Source: Terriglobia bacterium
GTDB lineage: Bacteria; Acidobacteriota; Terriglobia; JAJPHL01; JAPKYU01
Direction: 5' to 3'
NCBI GenBank assembly: GCA_965206645.1
Contig: CBDBKE010000003.1
Location: 576,001 to 640,000, forward strand
Length of the DNA: 64,000 bases
Position numbers and translations under genes: made by a program. Shown piece after piece: positions 19,176 through 32,466 of the stretch. The notes beneath the pieces are model-generated. The model was not told the origin of the DNA. It was given only the letters and a program-made list of their open reading frames with translations, and made no database searches. Position 1 is the stretch's first letter, and each line of letters begins with the position of its first letter.

Positions 19176-19838
19176 CTACGGATCGGCGGATTCCGAGCGA
19201 AGGGCGTCCAGCAGGGCGCGCGTGCGCGGGGCGGGTGCAGCTTCGCGGGCAAAGCGCATCAGGTCTTTCCATTCATCCAGGTCGTAGCAGGGGGCCAGCG
19301 ACGCGATCGCGAGGCCGGCGGCAGCGGCGGCTGCGCACGTCTGCTGGAAGACGCGAGCGCTTCCCCATTCCACCCCAGCAAACACCGCAGGTGAAAACCG
19401 CCCCGCTCGGCAACCCACCAGGTAATACCCGCCATCATCGGTTGGACCCAGCACCAGGTCGGCGGTGTCCAGTGCCTCGACAGCTTCCGAGATGCGCGAC
19501 GGAGGTAGGTGCGGGCTGTCGCTGCCCAGCACGATCGCTTTCTCGGTGCCCCCGGCGAAAGCGTCTTCAATGGCGGCGACCAGCCGTGCCCCCAGATCCC
19601 CCTCGGCCTGGCGTCCGACTTCGATGCTCTTGGGAAAGGCCATCGTCGCCGGCGCTTCGCTGAACAGGATGCGGCGCTGGGCCTCCAGGGGCAGGGTGGC
19701 GACCATGGCGGCCGTATCGGAGATCATGGCCTGGTGCAGTTCGGCGGATTGCTGGGCGGTCAGACGCCCGATCAGCCGCGTCTTGACTCGCCCGGCGGCG
19801 GGCGTCCGCGCGAACACGATCACCTCCAGCGCAACCAC
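19176..19838 (-). CDS. DUF2064/TIGR04282-like glycosyltransferase
   Basis: FARTP..GRVKTRL, Q.EGDLGARL, GSDSP, LGPTDDGGYYLVG, DLD..KDL. Confidence 0.85.
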   Translation of the reverse strand: MVALEVIVFARTPAAGRVKTRLIGRLTAQQSAELHQAMISDTAAMVATLPLEAQRRILFSEAPATMAFPKSIEVGRQAEGDLGARLVAAIEDAFAGGTEKAIVLGSDSPHLPPSRISEAVEALDTADLVLGPTDDGGYYLVGCRAGRFSPAVFAGVEWGSARVFQQTCAAAAAAGLAIASLAPCYDLDEWKDLMRFAREAAPAPRTRALLDALRSESADP

Positions 19839-20131
19839 CCGGCCAGCTTAGCAAATGTTCCTGGGTTTCCCAGGCCTTACGGCCTGGGCCATTTTCTTTC
19901 GCTCCGGGGAGCTTGAATCTCGCGAGAAATTCCGACTAGCGGAAGTAATACCGGAGCGAAATTAGGATGACCGCCAGGACGACGGCAAGTACCGCCTGCC
20001 GGTGGCCAGGTCCACTGCTGGCAGTGGAGAGGGATGAAGAGATGCGCTTGCCGGAGAGGCACCCCTATTGCTTAGCGATATAATAAAGAATTGCCCTGGC
20101 GCTGGGATTTTGCGCAGGGGACTCGGCTCAG

Positions 20132-23121
<2,990 letters not shown>

Positions 23122-23125
<4 letters not shown>

Positions 23126-24453
23126 GTGCAATCCAACTCGATTACGGCAGGCTTTGGCGGAGCGCGGCCTGTGTGGTGCTTCTGGGAAGCTGCCTGTTTG
23201 CCTCCCAAGACAAGCCTGCCGAAGGGCCGGTCTCCCAGGAAGCGATCATAGAAGACGCCATCGTAAAAGCCGAAAAGGCACTGGACGCCAAGGACTACGC
23301 CGCCGCCGTGACGCTCCTGAAGGAGCTTACGGCGCAGGAGCCAAAGAATGACCGTGCCTGGTTTGATCTGGCCTACGCGCACACCATGCTGGGGGAGCGC
23401 GGCGAGGCGATTGCCGCCTACAAGAAAGCCCTGGAGCTTCGGCCGAAACTCACTCAGGGCAGCCTGAACCTGGGAATCCTGCTGTTGGAAGAGAAGCAGG
23501 CGGCTGAAGCGGTCCAGCATCTGGAGGTAGTGGTGGCCGCCCGTCCCAAGGACGCCCCGGCCCACTTGCTGCTGGCCGACGCGGTCGCGGCCAGTGGCGA
23601 CTCGGCCCAGGCGGTTGAGCACTACCGCAAAACCCTCGCCCTGGACCCCAAGTCCCACCCGGCCCACTACGCCTTGGGCAGGCTGCTGGTGGAGCTGAAA
23701 AAGCTTGAGGAAGCTGAGCAGCATCTAGCCCAGGCCATCCAGTTGGAGCCGACAGACACCACGGCCCGTGTGGAAATGGCGCGGCTGTTGGAGCGGACCG
23801 GACGAGAAGAGGAGGCCCAGCGGTCCTATGCCGAATTGGTCGAGCGCGAGCCCTCCAATGTGGCCGTGCGCCGCCGCCTGGGAGCGCTGTTGCTAGCGAA
23901 CGGGCAGTACGCGGAGGCGGCGGCCCAGTATGAGGCAGCGGCGCAGATAAAGCCCTCGCCCGAAAACGATTGGAACCTGGCACGCGCCTACGTTGGGGCG
24001 GAACGGGCAAAGGATGCCACTCCGCTGCTGCAAAAGCTGGCTGCCGCCGATCCCCGCAACTACGATGTCCGCCTGCTGCTTGGAAATATGCTGAAGGCAC
24101 AACGGAATTTCCCGGCAGCCCAGAAGGAGCTGGAGGCTGCCGTCGCTCTGCGGCCCGATCTGCCTAATGCGTATGTGGATCTGGCGAATGTCTTGTACCT
24201 GCAACAGAATTTGCCTGCCGCGTTGGTGATGCTGGATCGTGTGGCGCGCGTGGCGCCGGAGACCCCTTGGTTGCACTTCCTTCGCGCCATCAGCCTGGAT
24301 AAACTGGATCACGTGGAGCGGGCCGTGAATAGCTACGAGCGCTTCTTGGCCATCAGTCACGACCAATTTCCCAACCAGGAATTTCAGGCCCGTCAGCGCA
24401 TCAAGATCTTGAAGCGACGTCTGCAACGAGGCGACAAGGGGAAAAGACGGTGA
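23122..24453 (+). CDS. TPR-repeat protein
   Basis: Many consecutive TPR motifs; ATGA overlap with uvrA. Confidence 0.85.
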
Positions 24454-24950
24454 GCTTCCTCAGGAGCCAAACCTTCCGGGTAGCGGCCTTGCTGGCCCTG
24501 GTGCTGGCCCTGGCCGCCGCGCTGGCGGTCGCCGGCGACCGTGCTGCCGGCGACCGTGCTAAGGTCGAAGCCAAGCTGGCCCGGCAGTATGACCCCATTA
24601 AGAAGGCCCGCCTCGAAGTGCAACTGGCCGAAATCAGCTTCAAAGAGGCTCGCAAGCTGTATCTGGAGGGCGACTCGGAGAGTGGGCTGGAGAAACTGAA
24701 GGAGATGCTTTCTTGGAGCGAGAAAGCGCACGACCGGTTGTTTAAGACCGGGCGCAATCCTCGCAAGAAGCCAGGCGGCTTCAAGGACGCCGAGATCACG
24801 CTCCGCAAACTGGAACGCCGGCTAGCGAACTTTCGCCTGGCGGTGCCTCTTCATGATCGCGAAGAAATTCAAAAGATCACCGCCCGCCTAACCAAACTCC
24901 GCGAGGACCTGCTGCTGGGCATCATGAGAGGGAAGGAGAAGAAAAAATGA
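24450..24950 (+). CDS. Hypothetical exported helical protein
   Basis: GTGA overlap with the upstream gene; signal peptide. Confidence 0.7.
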   Translation: MSFLRSQTFRVAALLALVLALAAALAVAGDRAAGDRAKVEAKLARQYDPIKKARLEVQLAEISFKEARKLYLEGDSESGLEKLKEMLSWSEKAHDRLFKTGRNPRKKPGGFKDAEITLRKLERRLANFRLAVPLHDREEIQKITARLTKLREDLLLGIMRGKEKKK

Positions 24951-25474
24951 GTCCTCACCCCGCGGCGCTAGTGCTGGCCGTCGCGCTGGCTCTGCCCGTG
25001 CAGGCGCAGTGGCGTGAGTTCCTGACCCCCGGCGAAATCAGCGAGATTCGCAAGGCCCAGGAACCGAACATGCGCCTGAAGCTGTATGCGGGATTTGCGA
25101 GGCAGCGGTTGGCTGCAGTGGAGAAGGAACTGGCTGGCAAAGATGCCCGTCGCGCGCGGCGAATTCACGCCAGCCTTTCGGAATACGACCAAATCCTTGA
25201 CGCCATTGAGGCGAACGTCGAGCAAGCCGTGGACCGGCGCGATCCTGTGCGCAAGGGAGTAGAACGGGTGCTGAAGGCCGAGCCCGAATTCCTGAAGCTG
25301 CTGGAATCCTTCCGGGCCCTCAACCCCAAGGACTTGATCGACTACCGCTTTATCCTGGACCAGACGATTGACACTACCCGGGACAGTATGCAGCGGTTGC
25401 GGAAGGTTCTGGAGAAGATGCCCAAAGGAAAGAAGCAGAAAAGAAAGCGAGCGGAAGAAGCCCAACAGGACTAA
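24947..25474 (+). CDS. Hypothetical exported helical protein
   Basis: ATGA overlap; signal peptide ending VQA. Confidence 0.7.
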   Translation: MSPHPAALVLAVALALPVQAQWREFLTPGEISEIRKAQEPNMRLKLYAGFARQRLAAVEKELAGKDARRARRIHASLSEYDQILDAIEANVEQAVDRRDPVRKGVERVLKAEPEFLKLLESFRALNPKDLIDYRFILDQTIDTTRDSMQRLRKVLEKMPKGKKQKRKRAEEAQQD

Positions 25475-25535
25475 TCACTGGACTGGCTGTCGACCTCCAC
25501 CCGCTCGATGTTCGGCGAAGGCGAGGATGGCGGTT

Positions 25536-26843
25536 TCAGGCCGACTGCAACGCGGCTACCGGACCCAGCTTTTTCAGCAGGCTGTCAATGGCGGAGGTGG
25601 TGACCCGTCCCCCTGATCGGTCCAGCAGCGGGCCGAAGACACGCAGCGGTTGTTGCTTGTCCGGGTCCCCGTTCTTGTGCGCCTTTCCGTTCTTCTCCCT
25701 GGATTCGACTTCGCTACGGCACTGCTTCAAGAAAGCGCGCACCACCGCCGGTTCGAACTGCTCGCCGCTACAGCGCACCAGTTCTGACAGGGCTAAATCC
25801 AGCGGCATTCGGTTGCGGTACGGGCGGTTGCTGGTCATGGCGTCGAAGGCGTCGGCGAGGGCCAGCACGCGCGCGGGCAGTGGAATCTGGTTGCCCTGCA
25901 GGCCGTCGGGGTACCCGCTGCCGTCCACGCGCTCGTGGTGCGAGCGGACTACGCTGCGAACTTCCGGCCAGGGGAAGCTGGCCGCCGAGAGCACCTCGTC
26001 GCCCACCAGGGGGTGGTAGGCCACCTCGCTTCGTTCATCGTCGCTGAGGCGGCCGGTCTTGTTGAGCAGGGCGCGGTCCAGGACGATCTTGCCGATGTCG
26101 TGCAGGTAGGCGCCGATGCGGATGCCGGCCGCCGCCTTGCGGGGCAGTTGCAGGCGCTCGGCCAGCGCCGACGAGTAGCGCGCCACCCTCACGGAGTGGC
26201 CGCGCGTGTAGACGTCCTTGGCGTCAATCGCGGTAGAAAAAGCCTGCACCGTGTCGAAGTAGGTGCTGGCCAGGGTCTCACACAGGCGCACGTTCTCCTC
26301 GACGGCCGAGCGCAGCGTTTGCATCAGATCGTGCTGGTAGAGCAGCACGGCGGCGTACCGCCCCAGCGTCTCCAGGGCGCCGCGCTCGTGCACAGTGAGC
26401 GGGGCAGCGTTGAGGCGGCTGCCAAGGCCCAACAGGCCGGACAGACGTCCGCGCATCACCAGCGGCAGCACCTGCGTCAGCCCGGTACGCGAGAGGTAGG
26501 TGCGCAGCGCGGTGGGCAGCCTCTTGTCATTGGCGGCCAGCAGTTCTGGAGTCTCCAGAAACTCGGCGGCTTCGTTGCGCTTGAACATCGGCAAAGTGCG
26601 GTCGAATTCCGCCCCGCGCCGGGCACCCGTCGGTCCGCCCTTGATCGCCATCGGGTGCAACCGTCCAGCCGCATCGCAGCGCCACAAGGCCCCCCGGGGA
26701 ACGCCGACCGAGCCCAGCAGCAAGTACAGGATCGAGCGGCTGGCCGTCGCAAGCTCACGCGTCTCCACAGCCTGCTGGCTCAGGTCGGTGAACGCATCCA
26801 GCGTGAACAGCAGCCGCTGATATTCTTTTGCGCTCGCCTTCAT
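25536..26843 (-). CDS. GAF + HD-GYP cyclic-di-GMP phosphodiesterase
   Basis: DAKD.YTRGHS.RV, LHDIGK, HHERVDGSGYP, ADAFDAMTSNRPYR; N-terminal GAF-like region. ATG overlaps the STAS TGA. Confidence 0.9.
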   Translation of the reverse strand: MKASAKEYQRLLFTLDAFTDLSQQAVETRELATASRSILYLLLGSVGVPRGALWRCDAAGRLHPMAIKGGPTGARRGAEFDRTLPMFKRNEAAEFLETPELLAANDKRLPTALRTYLSRTGLTQVLPLVMRGRLSGLLGLGSRLNAAPLTVHERGALETLGRYAAVLLYQHDLMQTLRSAVEENVRLCETLASTYFDTVQAFSTAIDAKDVYTRGHSVRVARYSSALAERLQLPRKAAAGIRIGAYLHDIGKIVLDRALLNKTGRLSDDERSEVAYHPLVGDEVLSAASFPWPEVRSVVRSHHERVDGSGYPDGLQGNQIPLPARVLALADAFDAMTSNRPYRNRMPLDLALSELVRCSGEQFEPAVVRAFLKQCRSEVESREKNGKAHKNGDPDKQQPLRVFGPLLDRSGGRVTTSAIDSLLKKLGPVAALQSA

Positions 26844-27157
26844 AGTTGACGCACTGGCACCCGGGCACAAATTCCTAGGAGGTTAAACAGTTCCAGCATG
26901 TGCTCGGGGACTCGCGAAAACTCCAGCTGTCTGGCGGTGTGCTCCGCCTCTTCGACAATGTCCAGCAGGAAGGAGATGCCGATGCTGTTCACCAGCGAGG
27001 CGCCGGCAAAGTCCAGTTACAACGCGCGGATTCCGCGGGCGAACAGCTTTTCGCACTCCTGGGTCAACAGCTCTCCTCCACTCTCGTTCAGGTAGCCGTG
27101 AAAAAAGACGACCGCGCGTCCTTCAATTTCTTTCGATTCCAGGTGTAACTTTCTCGT
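26840..27157 (-). pseudogene. STAS-domain anti-anti-sigma factor with in-frame TAA (27017-27019) and ACG in place of a start codon
   Basis: Manual translation: TRKLHLESKEIEGRAVVFFHGYLNESGGELLTQECEKLFARGIRAL*LDFAGASLVNSIGISFLLDIVEEAE...VPEHMLELFNLLGI. Confidence 0.8.
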
Positions 27158-29156
27158 CGGTAGAAGACCCCGAGTCCCCGGCGGGCTGGCCGGTGGTAAA
27201 GCGCTTGGTCATGCGGATCGTCGTGCCGTTCAGGTCGCTGGAGAAGCTCACCCGGTCCGTCAAGGAATGGATGATCTTCAACCCGTGCCCGCGCTGAACA
27301 CCGGCCCCATCGGCTTCCTGTCCGGCCTGGGGCTGGAAGGGAGCGCCGGGATTGGTCACCGCCATCTCCACGATTCCCGGAGTGACGCTGAGCCGGACCT
27401 CCATTTGCGCTGGCATTTGCGCCGGCATTTGTGCCGGTTGCGCCACGGGGCCGGCGCGGCCGTGCTCGATGGCGTTGAGGCAGGCTTCCACCAGCGCGAT
27501 GCGTGCCTGGGCGGCGGACCGCTTGTCGCAGTTGTGCTGCTCCAGCAACTGGTCCAGCACGCGCACGGCAGCAATCTCGAAATCGGGCTTCATGGGCAGC
27601 GTGAGCACTACCTCGGAAGAGGACTCGCCGACCGGCTCCTGTTCCGGCTGCGTGGCAATCAAGCGATTGAACAGGCCGAACTCCAGCAGGCGCACGCCTG
27701 CGCGCTGCGCCTGCTCAAGATCCGACGGGCCAGGGTTTTTCAGCACCACCCATTTCTCAGCGGGATTGGGGGCACCGCTCGCCTCCGTTGGCAGCGCCGC
27801 GGCTGCGCGCCGGTTGAGCTCCTCCAGTGCCGGCGCCAGGTGTGCCTCATCGCCCAGAACCGCGACCGCCAGCAACGACGCCACTTCCAAGTGTCGCCGC
27901 CCTTCAGAAAAACCGTAACAGAGGAACAACTGGCCCTGGGCAAACTCTTCACGGGCAACGTGGCAGACTTCCGGCACCTGCGCGCCGGGGAGGCCGTTCT
28001 CGGCAAGCCAGTCGGCAGCCGTTGGCATCAGTCCCTGCAGGCCCGCGGCAATGTGGGAAGCCACCTGCGCGGTTCCACAGACGCGACGAGCTTCCTCCAA
28101 GTCGGCCAGCAGGCGCAGCGTCAGCAGGCCAGCCGCGCGATCCGGCACCTGCGCGGATGCCTCCAGCGTTGCCCAATCTCGCGCCGCCGGCCAGGAGCGC
28201 AGCGCCCAGTGGGCGCCGCGCGCGCTTACCCAGCCGCCTTGCTGCATCTGGTGGAGCAGGTCATCCACGGCAATGCGATGGCGCCAGCGAGCCAACCGCG
28301 AGGCCTCCAACGTGCCGGCCGACAGCGTCTCCAGCGCGAAACGGCGCTCCAGGCTTCCCGGCTCTGCCGGCAGGCGCTCCCGGAAATAGGCAGCCAGGCT
28401 GCCCTGCCATAGCTGGTCCAGGTACGCGCGGACGAAGGCAGCAGGGCTGTCCAGCGGCGTGCCCGCTGCAGCGGCGCCACGCACCACCGACTGCAACACG
28501 TACGGGTCGCTGCCCGTGTAGGCCACGAATGGCTCGGCGGCTTCCCAGGAAAAGTTAATTCCCAGAACGCGCGCCAGACTCTCCGTCAGCAGTAGCCTTT
28601 CGCGCACCGTAAGTTATTCCAGCGCCAGTACTTGAGCCGCGGAGGGAACGGCCGGCGAGACGGGCGCGGCCACCGTAGCCAGCGCCGGCGAGGCTACTGA
28701 GGCCGCTGCACGCAACCATTCTTCCGGAGCGTCATCGAGTAGCAGACAGATGGGGCCCACTCGCTCGGCCAAAACGGCCGCCGCCGAAAAGAAGTGCTCC
28801 GCTGGCGGGGAGCCGCTGCCGGCTGCGAGAAATTCATGCCAGATGGCCGCGTCCTCACGCTCAGCCAGCAATGCGCGATCCAGAAGAACTGCGGGCGAGC
28901 GCAGACGCCCTTCGGCAAACCCAAGAAGTTGCGCCGCCGCCTGCTCGACCGCGCCATCGAGCAAGCGGCGGCCGCCCAGCCTCAGTAGAACCGGGGCCAC
29001 GGCGCGCTGGCTCAGTAGCACGCCAAACAACTGGCGCAGGAAATCGCTCTTACCGCGGTGGGGTGGCGCTTCCAGACAGATCAACCCCGGGACAAACGGG
29101 GTGCTCAGCAATCCGGCTAGGCGGACCGCCTGTCGCCGCGGGAACCTCCCGGCCAT
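27123..29156 (-). pseudogene. P-loop NTPase ... C-terminal RsbW-type HATPase fusion, split by one in-frame TAA (28614-28616)
   Basis: ORFs 28614-29156 and 27123-28607 are in the same frame (VLALE*LTVRE). Walker A APPHRGKS and Walker B LLLDD; C-terminal ALVEACLNAIEHG, RGHGLKII.SLTDRV, GTTIRMTK. Confidence 0.75.
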
Positions 29157-29319
29157 GTGCTCACCCTAGCACAGGACAGCGCCAGAGACAACAGTTCAGC
29201 ATAATTATGTTTAGAACATTTCTCTATTGAACCGTTTCAAATTCGGGGTGGCGCAGGGCCGGTCGAGCAGCGCCAGCCAGATGAGCGGTTGGGGGAATCA
29301 CTACCGGTTGGCCGCCGGA

Positions 29320-29460
29320 CTACTGCGCTGCCCGGTTGCCGCCCGCTTTTTGCTGATCCCGCTTTTTGCTGATGCAGAATAGCGTCTTTTCGCTGCGTAT
29401 GAGGATTTTCCCGTCGGCAATGGCCGGGGAGGAAAAGATGGGCTCGCCAATCGGAATGTC
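29320..29460 (-). pseudogene. C-terminal remnant of a PQQ-type beta-propeller protein
   Basis: IGEPIFSSPAIADGKILIRSEKTLFCI is typical of PQQ/BamB-like propeller C-termini; no N-terminal part present. Confidence 0.6.
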
Positions 29461-29618
29461 CTGTCCTGATACCGAGCGCACAGGTCGCCGACCTCGCCGA
29501 GGAGCCGCATTACGCTCCTTTTTGCAACTCCGGTCATGCGCACGGTGGACCGAATCGAGCACCCTTCTATCAGACAACTAATAACGCTTGTTCGTTTTTC
29601 AATACTTAGCTCGTTCAT
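29461..29618 (-). pseudogene. N-terminal HTH remnant of an IS1-like transposase
   Basis: MNELSIEKRTSVISCLIEGCSIRSTVRMTGVAKRSVMRLLGEVGDLCARYQD, then an abrupt switch to unrelated sequence. Confidence 0.6.
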
Positions 29619-29733
29619 AATCTGGAATATATACTAATGCTGTTTAGCATGTAAGGTGAAATTTTGAATTATATAACCTGTAGTATCAATAGCTTACGAA
29701 CAGGCCACTTTCGCTGCTATCCGCCTTGGAGGA

Positions 29734-29767
29734 TACTACAACTGCAACATTAGTTGCAGTTGTAGTA
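29734..29767. promoter_or_regulatory. Perfect 15-bp inverted repeat, candidate TA operator
   Basis: TACTACAACTGCAAC-ATTA-GTTGCAGTTGTAGTA upstream of the HTH-PIN pair. Confidence 0.6.
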
Positions 29768-29841
29768 GTTGTAACGGATATGCCAGTTGAAAGCATCTAA
29801 CGAAGTGGAGTAGTCTTAACAATGAAAGGGGGTATCAACCA

Positions 29842-30312
29842 ATGGCCACAATGCCTAGTGGAGTTCAGAGCAATGAAGTGCCCATTTCCCCCGCGCAGCA
29901 AAGAGAAATTCAAGACCTGTATGAGAAGCTGCGTCAGATGGAGGCGAAACTAATTGGTCCAGACGGCACAACTGAGGTCTTGCCGAACAACATAACCTCG
30001 TTTCTGTACGGACTACTGAAAGACCTGCGGGCTGGCTACTCTGTTACGATTTTGCAGCTTGGCGCTGCATTGACGACCACTGATGCAAGCAAACTGCTTG
30101 GGATGTCGAGACAATTCTTAGTTAAGCTGTTAGAAAAAAACGAGATTCCTTTCCATTACGTCGGCACCCATAGGCGCATTTATGCTCGCGATGTGTTGGC
30201 ATACAAAGCAAAGCGCGATGCAGTTCGTAGAAAAGCGTTAGACGATCTAGCGCAGGACGAGTATCAGGAAGGGCGCTACACAATTCCTGATGATTTTAAC
30301 GCTGGACAATGA
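29842..30312 (+). CDS. Excisionase-like HTH (HTH_17) protein, putative antitoxin
   Basis: LTTTDASKLLGMSRQFLVKLLEKNEIPFHYVGTHRRI..DVLAYK; overlaps the PIN gene; AT-rich. Confidence 0.85.
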   Translation: MATMPSGVQSNEVPISPAQQREIQDLYEKLRQMEAKLIGPDGTTEVLPNNITSFLYGLLKDLRAGYSVTILQLGAALTTTDASKLLGMSRQFLVKLLEKNEIPFHYVGTHRRIYARDVLAYKAKRDAVRRKALDDLAQDEYQEGRYTIPDDFNAGQ

Positions 30313-32146
30313 ATGGTCTGCAGTGTTGGATTCGTGCGTCTTGATCCCAATGCCTCTGTGCGCCACGCTACTGAGACTGGCGGTAGAGCCCGCACTCTAC
30401 AGACCGCTATGGAGCGAACGAATCCTTCGGGAAGTGGGTGACGCTTTAGAGACCAAGCTCGGATTAACCAAAGAACAGAGGGGAAAGCGTATCGCTAGGA
30501 TGCGGGCGGCCTTTCCAGAGGCCGTGGTTGCGATAACCAATGAGATGGTCACTGCCCTCACCGGCTTCCCCGATCCGAACGACTGTCATGTAGTAGCGGC
30601 TGCTATCATGGGCCACGCTAATGCAATCGTGACCTGCAATACAAAACATTTTCCGCCTGAATGCCTGCAGCAATATGGCGTTCTTTGCCACCATCCAGAC
30701 GACTTCTTGATCTGACCTGCCGGCTTTCTTCGGACCACCGATTACTGGAGAACAGCGCCAGTCGGCATGGTTAAGTCGCTCTCGTGTTCTTCTTGGTCAG
30801 CGTGAGCCGGCATCGCCGGCGAGCGCCCACCGTCATCCGAGCCAGCACGGAGCTGCGCTTTGAACTCGGCTGGCGTCAGATAGCCAAGGCTCGAGTGCGG
30901 TCGCACGTCGTTGTAGTGCCGTCGCCATTGCTCGATCCCCACCTTCGCGTCCACGCGGTTCCGAAACCACTGCAGGCTCAGATACTCGTCGCGGAACTTC
31001 CCGTTGAACGATTCGTCGGTCGCATTCTGCCACGGCTTGCCCGGCTCGATGAGCGCGGTTTCGATCTGCGCCTGGAGCAGCCACCGGAGAATCGCACCCG
31101 CGACAAACTCGGGGCCGTTGTCGGACCGGAGGTAACGTGGGGCTCCGTGGACGCTCACGAGCTGCGTGAGCACCTCGATAACGCGCCCGGACCGAATGCC
31201 GCCGGCCACGTCGATCGCGAGTGACTCGCGGGTCCATTCGTCGACGACGGTGAGGCACTTGAGCGTCTGCCCATTCGCGCAGGTGTCGAACACGAAGTCG
31301 TACGCCCAGACGTGATTGACCGCAGTGGCGGGCACCGGGCGGGGCCGGCTCAGGGCGACCCGGCGCCGCGGCCGCCGCCGAGGCACCTGCAACCCCGCCT
31401 GGCGCCAGAGGCGATGGGTCCGGTCCGTGCTCATCGTGTGCCCTTCGCGTTTTAGGAAAATCCGAATCCGGCGATAGCCGTACCGCGGATACTGCGCCGC
31501 CAGACGACGCATCGCGGCCAGCGCCGGGGCATCCCGGTCGACCAGCCGCGACTGGTAGCCCAGCGTGGACCGTGCGACGGAGAGCAAGGCGCACGCGCGG
31601 CGACCCGACAGACCGCGTGCACGTGCATACGCGACCTGCGGCCGGCGCACGCGTGCGCCTACCATTTTTTTCGGGTGATCTCCTTGAGCACGTCGATCTC
31701 CAGATCTCGATCGGCCACCATCTTTTTCAGCCGGCCGTTCTCCTGCTCGAGCTGCCGCAGCCGCTTCACATCGGCGGGCTCCAACGTGCCGAAGTGTTTC
31801 CGCCAGGCGTAGAGCGTCTGGGCGCTGACGCCGTTCTTTTTGGCCACCTCCGGAACGGGCCGCTGATCGGCCTCGCGGAGGATCGTCACCATCTGCTCTT
31901 CGGTAAACCGGGTCTTCTTCATGGCTCCCTCGTTTCTCCGAGGGCGCCATTCTCTCAGGCTTCAGCTGGTCCGGAAATCGCCAGGCAGGTCAGATCCATC
32001 AGTACGGCCTCGGCAGGGATCGCGTACTGTCACAGCTCGACTACCAAGCAGCCAATATCAAGCAGGATCGTGCAACTCTTCTGAACGAACTGCGAAAGGC
32101 AGTTCCCAGGTTTGCCGATCTTGTTGTAACGGGTAAAGTTAACTAG
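30290..32146 (+). pseudogene. PIN-domain toxin interrupted by IS3
   Basis: VLDSCVL, PDPNDCHVVAAA, IVTCN.KHFP; removing the IS and one GATC restores DDFLI-HQYGLGRD...VTGKVN*. Confidence 0.85.
30713..31992 (-). mobile_element. IS3-family insertion sequence, copy 1 (1280 bp, TSD GATC)
   Basis: TG...CA ends, TGACCTGCC IRs, orfA 31659-31922 plus orfB DDE (WAYDF, SDNGPEF, ESFNGKFRDE), A7 slippery site. Confidence 0.96.
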
Positions 32147-32420
32147 AATTCTTGGCGTTTCCCCACCGCTTCTTGGCAGCTTTGGCAGCAATTTCTTTGC
32201 GTCGTTCTGGCGTGAGGGTCACTAGCCGCCTCTTACCGCCGATCTTTCCGCCACGGCGACCCATTGCGGCCATTACTCGGGATATCTGTGACTTGCTCGG
32301 CCTACTATTACGCCCTGCCTTTGTTGGATTGGATTCGGTTTCAGTAGAGAGACGGACAAGATGATGGGCGAGTTGATTCACGTCCTTGGGTCGCCAGCCT
32401 GTGCTTAAACGCTTTGGCAT
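32139..32420 (-). CDS. Small basic protein (GRRGG motif) of the type carried by IS1-like cargo elements
   Basis: MPKR...PKDVNQLAH...AAMGRRGGKIGGKRR...ERRKEIAAKAAKKRW; TGgCATACT 6 nt before ATG. Confidence 0.75.
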   Translation of the reverse strand: MPKRLSTGWRPKDVNQLAHHLVRLSTETESNPTKAGRNSRPSKSQISRVMAAMGRRGGKIGGKRRLVTLTPERRKEIAAKAAKKRWGNAKNSS

Positions 32421-32466
32421 ATCCATAGTATGCCACGGATCAGCCTCCCTGTGAACCCCCGTTGGG

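Noticed and set aside
26840-28616. Genome-wide TAA reassignment
   Set aside because: TAA terminates several clear genes here (rnc, rplY, rpsF, HU), so general recoding is not supported.
29200-29209. CATAATTATG palindrome upstream of the ATPase-kinase operon
   Set aside because: Only 10 bp in an AT-rich patch and does not extend; too weak to call an operator.
29244-29300. tRNA-like 5' sequence CGGGGTGGCGCAG at the island edge
   Set aside because: No T-arm (GTTCRA) or acceptor-stem complement could be found.
29299-29305. CACTACC as the partner end of the IS1-like element
   Set aside because: It is in direct rather than inverted orientation to 32479-32485 and only 7-8 bp long.
30742-31950. 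402-aa ORF as a single transposase (also 58441-59649)
   Set aside because: Its first ~95 aa are the off-frame of orfA; the real product is most likely OrfA/OrfAB via -1 frameshift.
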